Of a DNA stretch of 64,000 nucleotides, positions 30,918-40,498 are shown in pieces. Made by a program: the position numbers and the translations under genes. The notes beneath the pieces were generated by a model. It worked only from the letters and a program-made list of their open reading frames with translations, was not told the origin of the DNA and made no database searches. Origin of the DNA: Maridesulfovibrio sp. (GTDB taxonomy: Bacteria > Desulfobacterota > Desulfovibrionia > Desulfovibrionales > Desulfovibrionaceae); the NCBI RefSeq assembly GCF_963666665.1, contig NZ_OY762999.1:3867954-3931953 (forward strand), in the 5' to 3' direction. Positions within the stretch are counted from its first letter, which is position 1; every line of letters starts with the position of its first letter.

Positions 30918-32453
30918 TCAGTTGTTTTTACTTATGCCGAGCTTCTTCATGCGTGAATCAAAGGTGGAGCGATTAACTTCGGCAGCACGGGCTGCACGGC
31001 TGATGTTCCAGCGGTATTTCTCCAGCATTTTCATTATGTACGAGTATTCCATCTCTTTCCATGTGTAAGAGCTGAGGTCTTCCTGCGGTCCGTCCTGCAG
31101 AATTGTTTTTTCGCTCTGTTTGCGGGCTCTATTCTCCACGGGCGGTTTAGTCCCGGGGTGCACGATGTGCAGTGGAAGGTCTTTGATGGATATAGTGTCG
31201 CCGGGAACCATGGCTTGAAATTGTTTGACCATGTTTTCCAGTTCGCGGATGTTTCCCGGCCAGTTGTATTTCTCCATAACAGCCATTGCTTCGTTAGACA
31301 TATTTTTAGGCAGCATATGGCTATGGGCAGCTTCTCGGCTCAGGAAATGTCCGGTCAGCAGGTTGATGTCCTCTCTTCGTTCGCGCAGGGCGGGCAGCTT
31401 GAGGGGCAGGACGTTGAGCCTGTAGTATAAGTCTTCCCTGAATCTGCCGGAACGTACATCCTCTTCAAGGTTGCGGTTTGTGGCTGAGATGATGCGGATG
31501 TCGATTTTTTTTGTATGGGTGCCGCCAAGGGGTTTGATTTCACTTTCCTGCAGGACCCGAAGTAGTTTGGCTTGCAGGTTGATGTCCATGTCACCGATTT
31601 CATCAAGAAATACTGTGCCTCCATCCGCAGCTTCAAACAATCCGGATTTATTGCTGGTGGCGCCGGTAAATGCCCCTTTTACATAACCGAAAAGTTCACT
31701 TTCAAGCAGGTTCTCGGGAATGGCACTGCAGTTTTGGGTCAGGAAAGGTTTCTGGGCCCGCGAACTCTGGGCGTGAATTTCTTCGGCGAATAGTTCCTTA
31801 CCTGTCCCGGATTCGCCGTAGAGTAGGACCGGATAGTTTGTAGCTCCGTAATTTTTGACCAGTTTGAGGGCCTTGTTTACGGATTGGCTATTGCCCACAA
31901 TTGTCTTGTTGTTCCGGATGCTGCTCAAGGTCCGGCTGAGTTGGGCGAATTCAATGCGCTGTTTTTGAAATTCAATGGAATTGCGTAAGGAAATTGAACC
32001 TATATCCACCATGTCCTGCAGCATGGTCAGGTATGCCGGGTCAAGGTTGAGCTGTTCCCCTGCTGCACTGGTGTCGATGACCTGCACAGCTCCATAAACA
32101 TCCTGTCCTTCAAGTTTAAGTGGAAAGCAGAGGATCAGACGGCTTTTAATTTTGAAGTCTTTTTCCAGTGAGCTGTAATGCCGCGAGTCTCCTGCTTCGG
32201 CAATGGTCATTTCGCCATTTTGAATAACCCAGCCCACAATGCTTTTTTCCTGCGGAGAGATTCTGACTCCTTTCACGTTCTCGCTTTTTTCACCCAATGC
32301 TTCAACGCATTCATACATGCCGTCTCGTTCCAGCCAGAGGGAACCGCGTTCAACATTCTGCAGTTTAAGCAACAGGGTCAGAATTTGTTGCTGCAATTTT
32401 TCCGGGTCTAATTCTTTAGAAAGGGCCTTGTAATCATTTACAGATATAGTCAT
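30918..32453 (-). CDS. sigma-54-dependent transcriptional activator (GAF - AAA+ - Fis HTH)
   Basis: GAF-like N-terminus, Walker A GESGTGKE, GAFTGA loop (KGAFTGA), ESELFGY motif and a C-terminal HTH (NISRAARAAEVNRSTF). Confidence 0.9.
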   Translation of the reverse strand: MTISVNDYKALSKELDPEKLQQQILTLLLKLQNVERGSLWLERDGMYECVEALGEKSENVKGVRISPQEKSIVGWVIQNGEMTIAEAGDSRHYSSLEKDFKIKSRLILCFPLKLEGQDVYGAVQVIDTSAAGEQLNLDPAYLTMLQDMVDIGSISLRNSIEFQKQRIEFAQLSRTLSSIRNNKTIVGNSQSVNKALKLVKNYGATNYPVLLYGESGTGKELFAEEIHAQSSRAQKPFLTQNCSAIPENLLESELFGYVKGAFTGATSNKSGLFEAADGGTVFLDEIGDMDINLQAKLLRVLQESEIKPLGGTHTKKIDIRIISATNRNLEEDVRSGRFREDLYYRLNVLPLKLPALRERREDINLLTGHFLSREAAHSHMLPKNMSNEAMAVMEKYNWPGNIRELENMVKQFQAMVPGDTISIKDLPLHIVHPGTKPPVENRARKQSEKTILQDGPQEDLSSYTWKEMEYSYIMKMLEKYRWNISRAARAAEVNRSTFDSRMKKLGISKNN

Positions 32454-32623
32454 AATAATAAGTTTTTATCAGGTTATACGATTCTTTTATTTAGAGATAT
32501 TTATGATATATCGGTAAAATTACTCTTGGTCAACAATGATTGCACGGTGAATAATTAAGTTGATGGCGTTTTTGGGAGAACGATCCCTTTGAAATAGTGC
32601 TGTCAGCAGTTCTTGATAAAATT

Positions 32624-32639
32624 TGGCACGGATGGTGCT
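32624..32639 (+). promoter_or_regulatory. candidate sigma-54 promoter (TGGCACGGATGGTGCT)
   Basis: GG-N10-GC spacing with a TGGCAC -24 box and a GTGC -12 box. It is divergent from the activator gene and about 135 nt upstream of the small ORF at 32775. Confidence 0.55.
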
Positions 32640-32774
32640 GTAGGGAAGATAGCTTGTTAGTCAAGTATGGACCGGAGAGCCCACTCCACCTCCCCGACCC
32701 CTCCGGGCTTTCCGGTCCATAACCTTTTCAAGAACAAATTCGACGCAATTCCTCGAATATACGGAGATGGTCTG

Positions 32775-33008
32775 ATGAGTAGTGTTGAAAGTTTAATATC
32801 CATGCATCGCGAAGATATGTCTCTCTTGAGAATCGAAGCCAAACAGGCTCGGAGAGAACGCTTGGATAGCTGTCGTGAGATGGATCAGGCATTTAAAGAC
32901 CTGCGCAGCAGGCTTTCCGCTGAAATGCCGGTGACAAGTTCTTATTCTTTTAAGCTCCGTGCTCCCATTGCCTTTATGGCTACCCTGATGGGAGTGATTA
33001 GTTTTTAG
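32775..33008 (+). CDS. 77-aa hypothetical protein with a hydrophobic C-terminal tail
   Basis: In-frame ATG with GGAGA 8 nt upstream; the track ORF 32667..33008 extends further 5' without a ribosome-binding site. It has a charged helical body and the tail APIAFMATLMGVISF. I recognise no homology. Confidence 0.45.
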   Translation: MSSVESLISMHREDMSLLRIEAKQARRERLDSCREMDQAFKDLRSRLSAEMPVTSSYSFKLRAPIAFMATLMGVISF

Positions 33009-33049
33009 TAGTTTTGTGTACCCGCTATTTTGCGGGATGATCGCCAGCT

Positions 33050-33087
33050 AAAAAAAAGCCCGTTCATCAAATGATGAACGGGCTTTT
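33050..33087. terminator. bidirectional intrinsic terminator between the small ORF and the ZnuA-like gene
   Basis: A8, then GCCCGTTCATC / GATGAACGGGC stem, then T6. Confidence 0.85.
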
Positions 33088-33972
33088 TTAGTGTTGTGTT
33101 GCAAATGCGCTGGCTGTACGGCGCATGTTGGCGGCCCAGTCTTCGGCTAGCGGATCAGCTGTCAGTACGCGTGCTCCGATAGAGTTTGCTATGGTTTTTG
33201 CGCTTTTTTGGGAAAATTGGGGTTGGATGAAAATAGCTTTTACTGAATTGGCTTTGGCGAATTCGATGAGCTGGGCCAGCTTTTTGGGGCTGGGTTCCTT
33301 GCCTTCCAGTTCTATGGGGATCTGATTTAAACCGTATGTGTCAGCAAAGTATCCCCATGAAGGATGGTAAACCATGAAACTGAATTCCTGTCCTTTTTGG
33401 GTAAATGTTTTCAGGAGCTCGGAGTCAATTATGTTTATTTCAGCTGCAAAGTTCAGGTAGTTGCGGGTGTAGTCTTCTGCATGTGCTGGGTCGTGCTCAA
33501 TCAGGGTGTCTCTGATTTTCTGGCTGATGATTCTGACTAAGGGTGGGGCAAGCCAGATATGAGGGTCTTTGATTTGTGCTTCGCCATGGTCATCATGGTG
33601 GGCGTGTTCGTCTCCGTGGATGTGAGTCTTCATTGTCCGGTGAACAGCTTCTTTTCCAAGATTTATGATTTCAAGGTTGCTGTTGGCGGATTTGAATCGC
33701 GGAAGCCAAGCCTGTTCAAAGGGGACACCTATTGCAAAGTAAACCTCTGACTTGCTTAGGTCAGCCATCTGTTTAGGCTGTGGTTCATAGGTGGCAGGAC
33801 TGCTTCCGGCTTTGACCATAATGTTTATTTTTATTTTGTCTCCGCCGATTTTTTCTACGAAATATTTCAGAGGTGCAATCGAGACTGTCGCCTGGAGTTG
33901 TTCGGCGCCAGCTGCTGAATAGCCCAATAGTATGGTTATTGCGGTCAGTAAGATTGTTCTGGATAGTTTCAT
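33088..33972 (-). CDS. metal (Zn/Mn) ABC transporter substrate-binding protein, ZnuA/TroA family
   Basis: Signal peptide from MKLSRTILLTAITILL and a His/Asp-rich loop HIHGDEHAHHDDHGE typical of ZnuA. The start is taken at M18 of the track ORF. No znuBC genes are adjacent. Confidence 0.85.
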   Translation of the reverse strand: MKLSRTILLTAITILLGYSAAGAEQLQATVSIAPLKYFVEKIGGDKIKINIMVKAGSSPATYEPQPKQMADLSKSEVYFAIGVPFEQAWLPRFKSANSNLEIINLGKEAVHRTMKTHIHGDEHAHHDDHGEAQIKDPHIWLAPPLVRIISQKIRDTLIEHDPAHAEDYTRNYLNFAAEINIIDSELLKTFTQKGQEFSFMVYHPSWGYFADTYGLNQIPIELEGKEPSPKKLAQLIEFAKANSVKAIFIQPQFSQKSAKTIANSIGARVLTADPLAEDWAANMRRTASAFATQH

Positions 33973-34031
33973 GTCTTCTTCCTGTGTTTGAGATTCAATT
34001 TCATCTAGTTGAAGATGAGCCATATCTTATA

Positions 34032-34055
34032 TGATGTCAATTGTGATTGTCATCA
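34032..34055. promoter_or_regulatory. 10-4-10 inverted repeat upstream of the ZnuA-like gene (possible Zur/Fur-family operator)
   Basis: TGATGTCAAT tgtg ATTGTCATCA, with 9 of 10 arm positions complementary, located 60-83 nt upstream of the preferred start. Confidence 0.3.
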
Positions 34056-34279
34056 GTTTTGCCAAGTCTGATCCTCCCTGTTTTTTCGCTTTCTTCGAAT
34101 CTGAAAATTTAATTACTGATTGGGTCGCTGTTTTCGAATCTTAGTTGTGGTTCTTCTGCGATTTGATTTATTTAATTGTCTATGGTTAATAAATGTCAGT
34201 TGAATTTTCTGCCGCAATTTTCCAAATATGTTTTTTATGTGTATAAAAGTTGTCTTTATGTGTATGAAGTTTCCAGTTT

Positions 34280-34295
34280 TGGCACAGAGCGTGCT
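34280..34295 (+). promoter_or_regulatory. candidate sigma-54 promoter (TGGCACAGAGCGTGCT) upstream of amtB
   Basis: Correct -24/-12 spacing, about 128 nt upstream of amtB. Nitrogen-regulated amtB-glnK operons are classically sigma-54/NtrC dependent. Confidence 0.6.
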
Positions 34296-34422
34296 TTGTT
34301 ACTAGCTAAAATGCATTTTTGAAGGCTGATTTGTCTAAAATTGTAAAATAAGAAGCGTTAAAAACGATTTTAGAGACGAAATTGTAAAAAAGAGACATTG
34401 AATCAACGGGGGTTGATCAGAA

Positions 34423-35625
34423 ATGAATGCGGCGGATACTTCATTTATACTTATTTGTGCAGCTCTGGTTATGTTTATGACTCCGGGGCTGGCCCTTTTC
34501 TATGGTGGTATGGTGCGTAGCAAAAACGTATTGGCTACGATCATGCAGAGTTTCATCATGCTCGGACTGGTTTCAATTGTCTGGGCGGTCATCGGGTATT
34601 CCTTGTCCTTTGGGACTGACATCGGCGGTGTTATCGGCGGTATGGATTTCTTCGCCCTTAATGGTGTGGGCATGGATACAGTTAACAGCCCCGCCAGCAA
34701 CCTGCCTCATCTTCTTTTTATGGTTTTCCAGTGTATGTTTGCGGTCATCACCCCCGCACTTATAACCGGAGCCTTTGCCGAGCGTATGAAGTTCGGTGCA
34801 TTGCTGATTTTCAGCGCCTTCTGGGTTATCCTTGTTTATGCTCCCATGTGCCACTGGGTCTGGGGCGGCGGCTGGATGGGGGACCATGGTGCTCTCGACT
34901 TTGCAGGCGGCGCGGTTGTTCACATGAGTTCCGCAGCAGCAGCTCTTGCCGGATGTTTGGTCGTGGGTAAGCGCAAGGGATATGGTAAAGAGCCTTTCAT
35001 TCCCCACAACCTGCCTATGACCCTGCTCGGCGCGGGTATGCTCTGGTTCGGCTGGTTCGGTTTTAACGCCGGTTCCGCCCTTGCTGCTAACGGTCTGGCT
35101 GCCAATGCTTTTGTAACCACTCACCTTGCCGCAGCTGCCGCAGTTCTTGGCTGGTTGCTTGTTGAAGCCATGCATGGTGGCAAACCTACCACTCTCGGTG
35201 CTGCTTCCGGTGCTGTGGCCGGGCTGGTTGCCATCACCCCGGCAGCCGGTTTTGTAACTCCCATGGCTTCTATTGTTATCGGTTTCGGTGGCGGTATGGT
35301 CTGCTATGGTGGTGTGCTTATGAAATCCAAGTTCGGCTACGATGATTCCCTTGACGTTGTCGGTATTCACGGTCTGGGCGGAACTTACGGGGCTATCGTT
35401 ACCGGATTGTTTGCCAGCATCGGTGCGGAAGGTCTCTTTTACGGCAACGCCTCCCAGCTTTGGATCCAGATTGAATCCTGCATTGCCACCTGGGCATACT
35501 GTTTTACTGTAAGCTGGATTCTTTTCAAATTGATCGACAAGTTTTACGGCTTGCGTCCTTCTGAAGAAGAGGAAGTTGCAGGGATGGATGTCTCGGATCA
35601 CAGCGAAACCGGTTATCAGATTTAA
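34423..35625 (+). CDS. amtB: ammonium transporter
   Basis: 400-aa polytopic Amt family protein (FYGGMVRSKN, AGGAVVHMSS, DDSLDVVGIHGLGG). Confidence 0.93.
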   Translation: MNAADTSFILICAALVMFMTPGLALFYGGMVRSKNVLATIMQSFIMLGLVSIVWAVIGYSLSFGTDIGGVIGGMDFFALNGVGMDTVNSPASNLPHLLFMVFQCMFAVITPALITGAFAERMKFGALLIFSAFWVILVYAPMCHWVWGGGWMGDHGALDFAGGAVVHMSSAAAALAGCLVVGKRKGYGKEPFIPHNLPMTLLGAGMLWFGWFGFNAGSALAANGLAANAFVTTHLAAAAAVLGWLLVEAMHGGKPTTLGAASGAVAGLVAITPAAGFVTPMASIVIGFGGGMVCYGGVLMKSKFGYDDSLDVVGIHGLGGTYGAIVTGLFASIGAEGLFYGNASQLWIQIESCIATWAYCFTVSWILFKLIDKFYGLRPSEEEEVAGMDVSDHSETGYQI

Positions 35626-35745
35626 AACAGAGACTCGATGCGCCTCGCGCTTTTGTCAGATGATTTCGCCTCCGGCGGCCAGAGGAGCTAAGCCCCTTTG
35701 GAATCCCTAATAATGGGTTTGATCTTATAATATAGGATAGTTCCA

Positions 35746-36084
35746 ATGAGAAAGATTGAAATAATTGTACGGCCTTTCAAGGTCGATGATGTAAAGGACG
35801 CCATTGCTGCTCTCGGACTTAAGGGCATGACCGTAACTGACGTGAAAGGTTTCGGGCGTCAGGGTGGACACAAGGAAGTTTACCGTGGTGCCGAGTATCA
35901 GGTGGACTTCATTGCCAAGACCAAGGTTGAGATTGTGGTCGATGCAGACCGGGTTTCCGAAGTGATCGACGCAGTCAGTGCCGCTGCCAAGACCGGAAAG
36001 GTCGGCGATGGTAAAATCTTTGTTATCCCGGTTGAAGAAGTGGTGCGTATCCGTACGGGCGAGACTGGGCCGGAAGCCATATAA
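35746..36084 (+). CDS. glnK: nitrogen regulatory protein P-II
   Basis: 112 aa with the T-loop GFGRQGGHKEVYRGAEY, which includes the uridylylatable Tyr51. It is linked to amtB. Confidence 0.93.
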   Translation: MRKIEIIVRPFKVDDVKDAIAALGLKGMTVTDVKGFGRQGGHKEVYRGAEYQVDFIAKTKVEIVVDADRVSEVIDAVSAAAKTGKVGDGKIFVIPVEEVVRIRTGETGPEAI

Positions 36085-38622
36085 ATGAATACTGAAAAAT
36101 CCCCCGGATTGTCCCCTGAGACTTCCATTGACAGGTTGTTGGCGGGACGTGAAATACTCCTCGCGGCATGCTCCAAGAGCATGCCGCGGGACTTCCCGCA
36201 GCAGCTATGCGCTCTGGTGGATGAATACTTCAGGGCAAGAGTCAGGGAAGCCGTTTCCGAGGGACTCCTTTCTTCTTATGAAGACCTGTGTATTGTGGCC
36301 GTGGGTGGTTACGGACGGGGGCATCTTGCACCTTTTTCTGATATTGACGTCCTAATTCTTACAGATCAGACCCCACTGGAAGATCTTGAGGATTTGGCTT
36401 CTTTTCTATTTCACCCGCTCTGGGATCTTAAATTTGATGTTGGTCACGGTGTGCGCACCGTGGAGCAGAATATCGAATTGGCAAGGTCAGATTTCAAGGT
36501 ACTGGCTTCCTTGCTGGATTTACGGTTCATTTCCGGTCGCGACGAGCTATTTCAGCTTATTTCTAAAGAATTCAGAGCAAAAGTTCTCCCCGGTGCAGGC
36601 GATGAGTTCTGCCGTATTCTGTGGGAGAACCGTTCCAAGACCGGGAAGGGCATGGATTCCGTTGTTCTTGAGCCTGACCTGAAAAACGGCTGGGGAACCT
36701 TGCGCGATGTGCAGTTCATCCGCTGGTGTGCAGATATCAAGGGGGATTACTTCCCGCTGAACGAGAATGATCTGACAGATCTCTGCAGGGACGAAGCCTT
36801 GCTTATGCAGGCCCGTTCTGCTGTTCATCTTTTGCGTAAACGCAAGCAGGATAAATTGATCATTGAAATTTTACCGGATACTGCTTCGCTGTGCGGAGTT
36901 AAGGGGTATGATCCGGCAAAGCGCGGCAACGATCTGCTCACCTCAATCCATCAGGCGATGGTTCGGGTACGTTCCATGGGTGATGCCCTTTATCGGGAAT
37001 CATTTGATGCCGATTCGCGCTGCTTTATTGATCATCGCGGTATTGCCGGCCTCAAAGCCGGACTGGAAGTTTTCGGTATAAAGTCCAGAACCGGTGCGCC
37101 TCTTACACGTGAAGCACGTAGGGCGGTTTCAGGAATCAATTCTGCAAATGATATCAGTTTAACCCGCTCTCTGAAGATTATCATTGATATATTCAAGGGC
37201 GAGTACGGCTGGCGCGCCTCAGTGGAAATGCTTGATAGCGGGGTGTTCAAGTCTTTCCTTCCAGAATTTTCCAAGGTTTCCGAGCTGGTTCCTTATGACG
37301 GATACCATCAGTATCCTCCGGGCAGGCATTCATTGCTTACAGTCCATAAATGTTGCGATATTTTTCGCAACGAATTTTCAGAAGGTGGAAAATGTATTTC
37401 CGCTGCAGACTTCGATGCTTTGCTTCTCGGCGCGTTTTTTCACGATATCGGCAAGGGCAAGCGTAATCACAGTGAACGCGGGGCTGATATTGCTGATGAA
37501 ATTCTCTCCCGCACGGATTTTCCTGCGCGTTTTAAGGAGGATGTGGTCTTTCTGGTTCGCGAACACCTGCTTCTGATTCGTTCTTCGCGGTCTATTGATC
37601 TCAGCTCAGTTGAAGCCTTGCAGAAGATAGCTGAGAAGGTCGGCTCCCTGCGTCGCTTGCGTATGCTCTTTATCCTTTCCATGGCCGATTCCATGGCAAC
37701 CGGACCAAGGGTCTGGAATTCATGGAGTGAGTCTCTTTTACGGGAGATATATGCCGGATTGGAGCTGGTGCTTACTGACGAGTCTTTTGCTGAAATTGTC
37801 TCAGGAGAACAGCTTGGTGAGACCATGAACCGCATCCGCGAGTGTGCCGTTGACCTTATTGATCCGGAATTAGTGGAATCCATGATCAGCTGCATGCCCG
37901 AGCGTTATCTGCTGGTTGAGGATCCGGATGAGATTGTGCTGCATATGCATCAGGTTCTGGAGTTTAACCGGGCTTATGAGCTGGATATGGTGCGTAAGCC
38001 TTCGGGCAAGGGTGGCCTTGGCTTGAGTCTGGTTCGGGTTTTTGAAACCGAAGACGAAAAACGCATCAAGCTGGTTATTACTGCCAGAGATCAGAATTTT
38101 TTATTTGCTGCCCAGAGCGGCGTGCTGGCCCTGCACTCTGTGAACATCCTTTCGGCAGAAGTTTTCTCATGGGCCGACGGGACAGCGGTGAATATTTTCA
38201 TTGTGGAAGCTCCGGCGGAAAATTGTCCTGCCGATATTTGGGGCAGGGTGGAGCGTTCCATTATGTATGCGCTTACCGGAAGGTTGGCCCTTGATTACCG
38301 TCTGCACAAGAAGCGCAATTCACTTCTCGCCAAGTCTGTGCCCAGCAGGGTTCCTACCCGGATCAGTGTGGATAACGAATCCAGTGCCGAATGCTCGCTG
38401 ATTGAAGTGATTACTCAGGATCGTTCCGGTCTTCTCTATGATATGGCGGCCTTCTTCGCGAGAATGAATATTAATCTGCGCATGGCCCGTATTTCGACCA
38501 CCGGTCAGTCTGTCTTTGATGTCTTTCATGTAGAAGGACCGGAGGGTGGCAGGATTGAAGATCACATCCATTTGCGGGAGCTTGTCAGCGCCCTTGAATA
38601 CACACTTACAGGAAACAGTTGA
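36085..38622 (+). CDS. glnD: [protein-PII] uridylyltransferase / uridylyl-removing enzyme
   Basis: 845 aa with a nucleotidyltransferase motif (AVGGYGRGHLAPFSDIDVLIL), an HD domain (FFHDIGKG) and two C-terminal ACT-like regions. The ATG directly abuts the glnK stop. Confidence 0.9.
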   Translation: MNTEKSPGLSPETSIDRLLAGREILLAACSKSMPRDFPQQLCALVDEYFRARVREAVSEGLLSSYEDLCIVAVGGYGRGHLAPFSDIDVLILTDQTPLEDLEDLASFLFHPLWDLKFDVGHGVRTVEQNIELARSDFKVLASLLDLRFISGRDELFQLISKEFRAKVLPGAGDEFCRILWENRSKTGKGMDSVVLEPDLKNGWGTLRDVQFIRWCADIKGDYFPLNENDLTDLCRDEALLMQARSAVHLLRKRKQDKLIIEILPDTASLCGVKGYDPAKRGNDLLTSIHQAMVRVRSMGDALYRESFDADSRCFIDHRGIAGLKAGLEVFGIKSRTGAPLTREARRAVSGINSANDISLTRSLKIIIDIFKGEYGWRASVEMLDSGVFKSFLPEFSKVSELVPYDGYHQYPPGRHSLLTVHKCCDIFRNEFSEGGKCISAADFDALLLGAFFHDIGKGKRNHSERGADIADEILSRTDFPARFKEDVVFLVREHLLLIRSSRSIDLSSVEALQKIAEKVGSLRRLRMLFILSMADSMATGPRVWNSWSESLLREIYAGLELVLTDESFAEIVSGEQLGETMNRIRECAVDLIDPELVESMISCMPERYLLVEDPDEIVLHMHQVLEFNRAYELDMVRKPSGKGGLGLSLVRVFETEDEKRIKLVITARDQNFLFAAQSGVLALHSVNILSAEVFSWADGTAVNIFIVEAPAENCPADIWGRVERSIMYALTGRLALDYRLHKKRNSLLAKSVPSRVPTRISVDNESSAECSLIEVITQDRSGLLYDMAAFFARMNINLRMARISTTGQSVFDVFHVEGPEGGRIEDHIHLRELVSALEYTLTGNS

Positions 38623-38681
38623 TTCTTTGCGGTTAATCCCCGTCCGTATTCCCGATAATTTATACTTAATAGGAGTTGTTT

Positions 38682-40358
38682 ATGCCCGGCAGGATTGTTG
38701 TTCATATTGTGATTAATGTGTTGGTCCTGTTGGGGCTTTGTCTTGCGTTTGTCCTTGTTCCGGAAATATTCGTGGGCGGGAACCTTACTCCTTTGCTGGC
38801 GTTGTTTGCGGGAGCCGGTGCTGTGATTCTTCTTTCCGGATTTATGCTCAGGCGTATAATTAATGCTCAGTGGGCCGGTGTCAGCCGGTGGATTGATGGA
38901 CTTATTTCCGGTTATGAATCTAAAAGTGACTTAGATTTCACTTTCATTTTGCTGCCTTCTGCTGACAGATTGGAGGCTTATATAAGTGGGCTTCGTGCCG
39001 AGCTGGATAAAGCTGACAAGCAGTGTAAAATTGAAATTTCCCGACAGCTTGAGGCTTATAAAATGGCCGAGGATGCAAGGGTGCGTGGTGAACAGGCTCG
39101 AAGCAAGGGGCTTCTTTCCGCAGCAGGGACCCTTGAAAATGCAGTCGAGGGCATCCGCTCCAGTTCTGAGATGCTGGGAGAATCTTCTTCGCGGGCCAGT
39201 GAGGGAGCTGAAAAGCAGCTGGAGTACCTGTCATCAGTTGTAGCTTCCATGGAACAGATTGATGTTTCCATCCAGTATTCAGTGGAGCGGGCTGATTCCG
39301 CGGCGGTAGATGCTGAGTCCGCTGCTGAACGCGCAAGGGCTGGTGAAGATGTCCTTGAGCAGACCATCGAGTCAATCAATACGGTTATGAGTAATACCAA
39401 TGACCTTAACGGAAGGGTTGAGGCTCTCGGTAGGCAGGCTGAGGGCATTGGAAGCATCATGTCCGTTATCTCTGATATTGCCGATCAGACAAACTTGTTG
39501 GCGCTTAATGCCGCTATTGAGGCTGCTCGTGCCGGGGATGCCGGGCGCGGTTTTGCCGTAGTTGCTGATGAGGTCCGCAATCTTGCGGAAAAGACAATGG
39601 AAGCCACCCGTGATGTGGGTACCGAAATCAGCAGGATTCAGGAACACGTTGAAATGACAGTGGCCGGGGTTAATCATATTAATGATCTGGCCGGCAATGC
39701 GTCCGGTTTGGCCTCCAGTTCCGGGCAGGCGCTCGGCGAGATTGTTGATCTTGCTGAAAAGAGTTCCCGCGGAGTGCGCCTTATTGCCGAGGAAGCAGTT
39801 CAGCAGGCTGAAGCCAGCAACAATGTCCGTGAAGCCGTTAACGAAGTTCATTCTATTTCCAATGAAACCGGAGAAGCCATGGCGGGAGCAGGTGAAGCTG
39901 TTTCCGTTCTTGGTGGACGCGTAGCTGATCTTGATGATATGATCGGTGTGTTTAAGCTGGTCGGTAATGGTAAGGTACAGGAAGTGATTGATTCTCTCGC
40001 CAAATCTTCCGATGTGCTTTCCCTGAACAGGGGATTGCAGGAGCGGGCTATGCACAAAGCCTTGAGAGATAACCGTTTTCTCGAACTTCTCTACATCACC
40101 GATCACAACGGAATTCAGACGGTCAGCAATATCAGCGGCCAGTGGCAGAGCTTTGCCGAAGACGGTTCAGCCTGTGGAAAAGATTGGTCCGGCCGGGAAT
40201 GGTTCAGTGGAGCTGTAGAAGATCAGACTATGTATGTATCCGATGTTTATGAATCTTCAGCTACCGGGGAGAACTGTATTACGGTTTCCGGTCCGTTCTT
40301 TGATTCCAAGGGCCGGGTACTGGGTGTAATTGCCGCTGATGTGAAGGTTAACGGATAA
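38682..40358 (+). CDS. methyl-accepting chemotaxis protein with a C-terminal Cache/PAS-like domain
   Basis: TM hairpin, MCP signalling hairpin ([40 protein letters not shown]), then about 125 aa resembling a Cache core (GREWFSGA...[38 protein letters not shown]). ATG 38682 is preceded by AGGAG. Confidence 0.85.
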   Translation: MPGRIVVHIVINVLVLLGLCLAFVLVPEIFVGGNLTPLLALFAGAGAVILLSGFMLRRIINAQWAGVSRWIDGLISGYESKSDLDFTFILLPSADRLEAYISGLRAELDKADKQCKIEISRQLEAYKMAEDARVRGEQARSKGLLSAAGTLENAVEGIRSSSEMLGESSSRASEGAEKQLEYLSSVVASMEQIDVSIQYSVERADSAAVDAESAAERARAGEDVLEQTIESINTVMSNTNDLNGRVEALGRQAEGIGSIMSVISDIADQTNLLALNAAIEAARAGDAGRGFAVVADEVRNLAEKTMEATRDVGTEISRIQEHVEMTVAGVNHINDLAGNASGLASSSGQALGEIVDLAEKSSRGVRLIAEEAVQQAEASNNVREAVNEVHSISNETGEAMAGAGEAVSVLGGRVADLDDMIGVFKLVGNGKVQEVIDSLAKSSDVLSLNRGLQERAMHKALRDNRFLELLYITDHNGIQTVSNISGQWQSFAEDGSACGKDWSGREWFSGAVEDQTMYVSDVYESSATGENCITVSGPFFDSKGRVLGVIAADVKVNG

Positions 40359-40498
40359 TTATTTCAGGCGTACGCATTTTCTTGCCAAATCTGCAATATT
40401 TATCTAAGTGATGCTTGCTGCCAACCTAATATTTTAGGAGGCAGTAATACCCACATACCCACAGGTCACTTCAGCTCAATCCCAAGAGGAATTATTTC

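Noticed and set aside
40359-40498. Purine or ZTP riboswitch upstream of purD (and upstream of folD, 50152..50238)
   Set aside because: Neither the ZTP pseudoknot motifs (GGGTCGTG / CCGCCTGGGCA-like) nor a purine-riboswitch three-way junction could be recognised.
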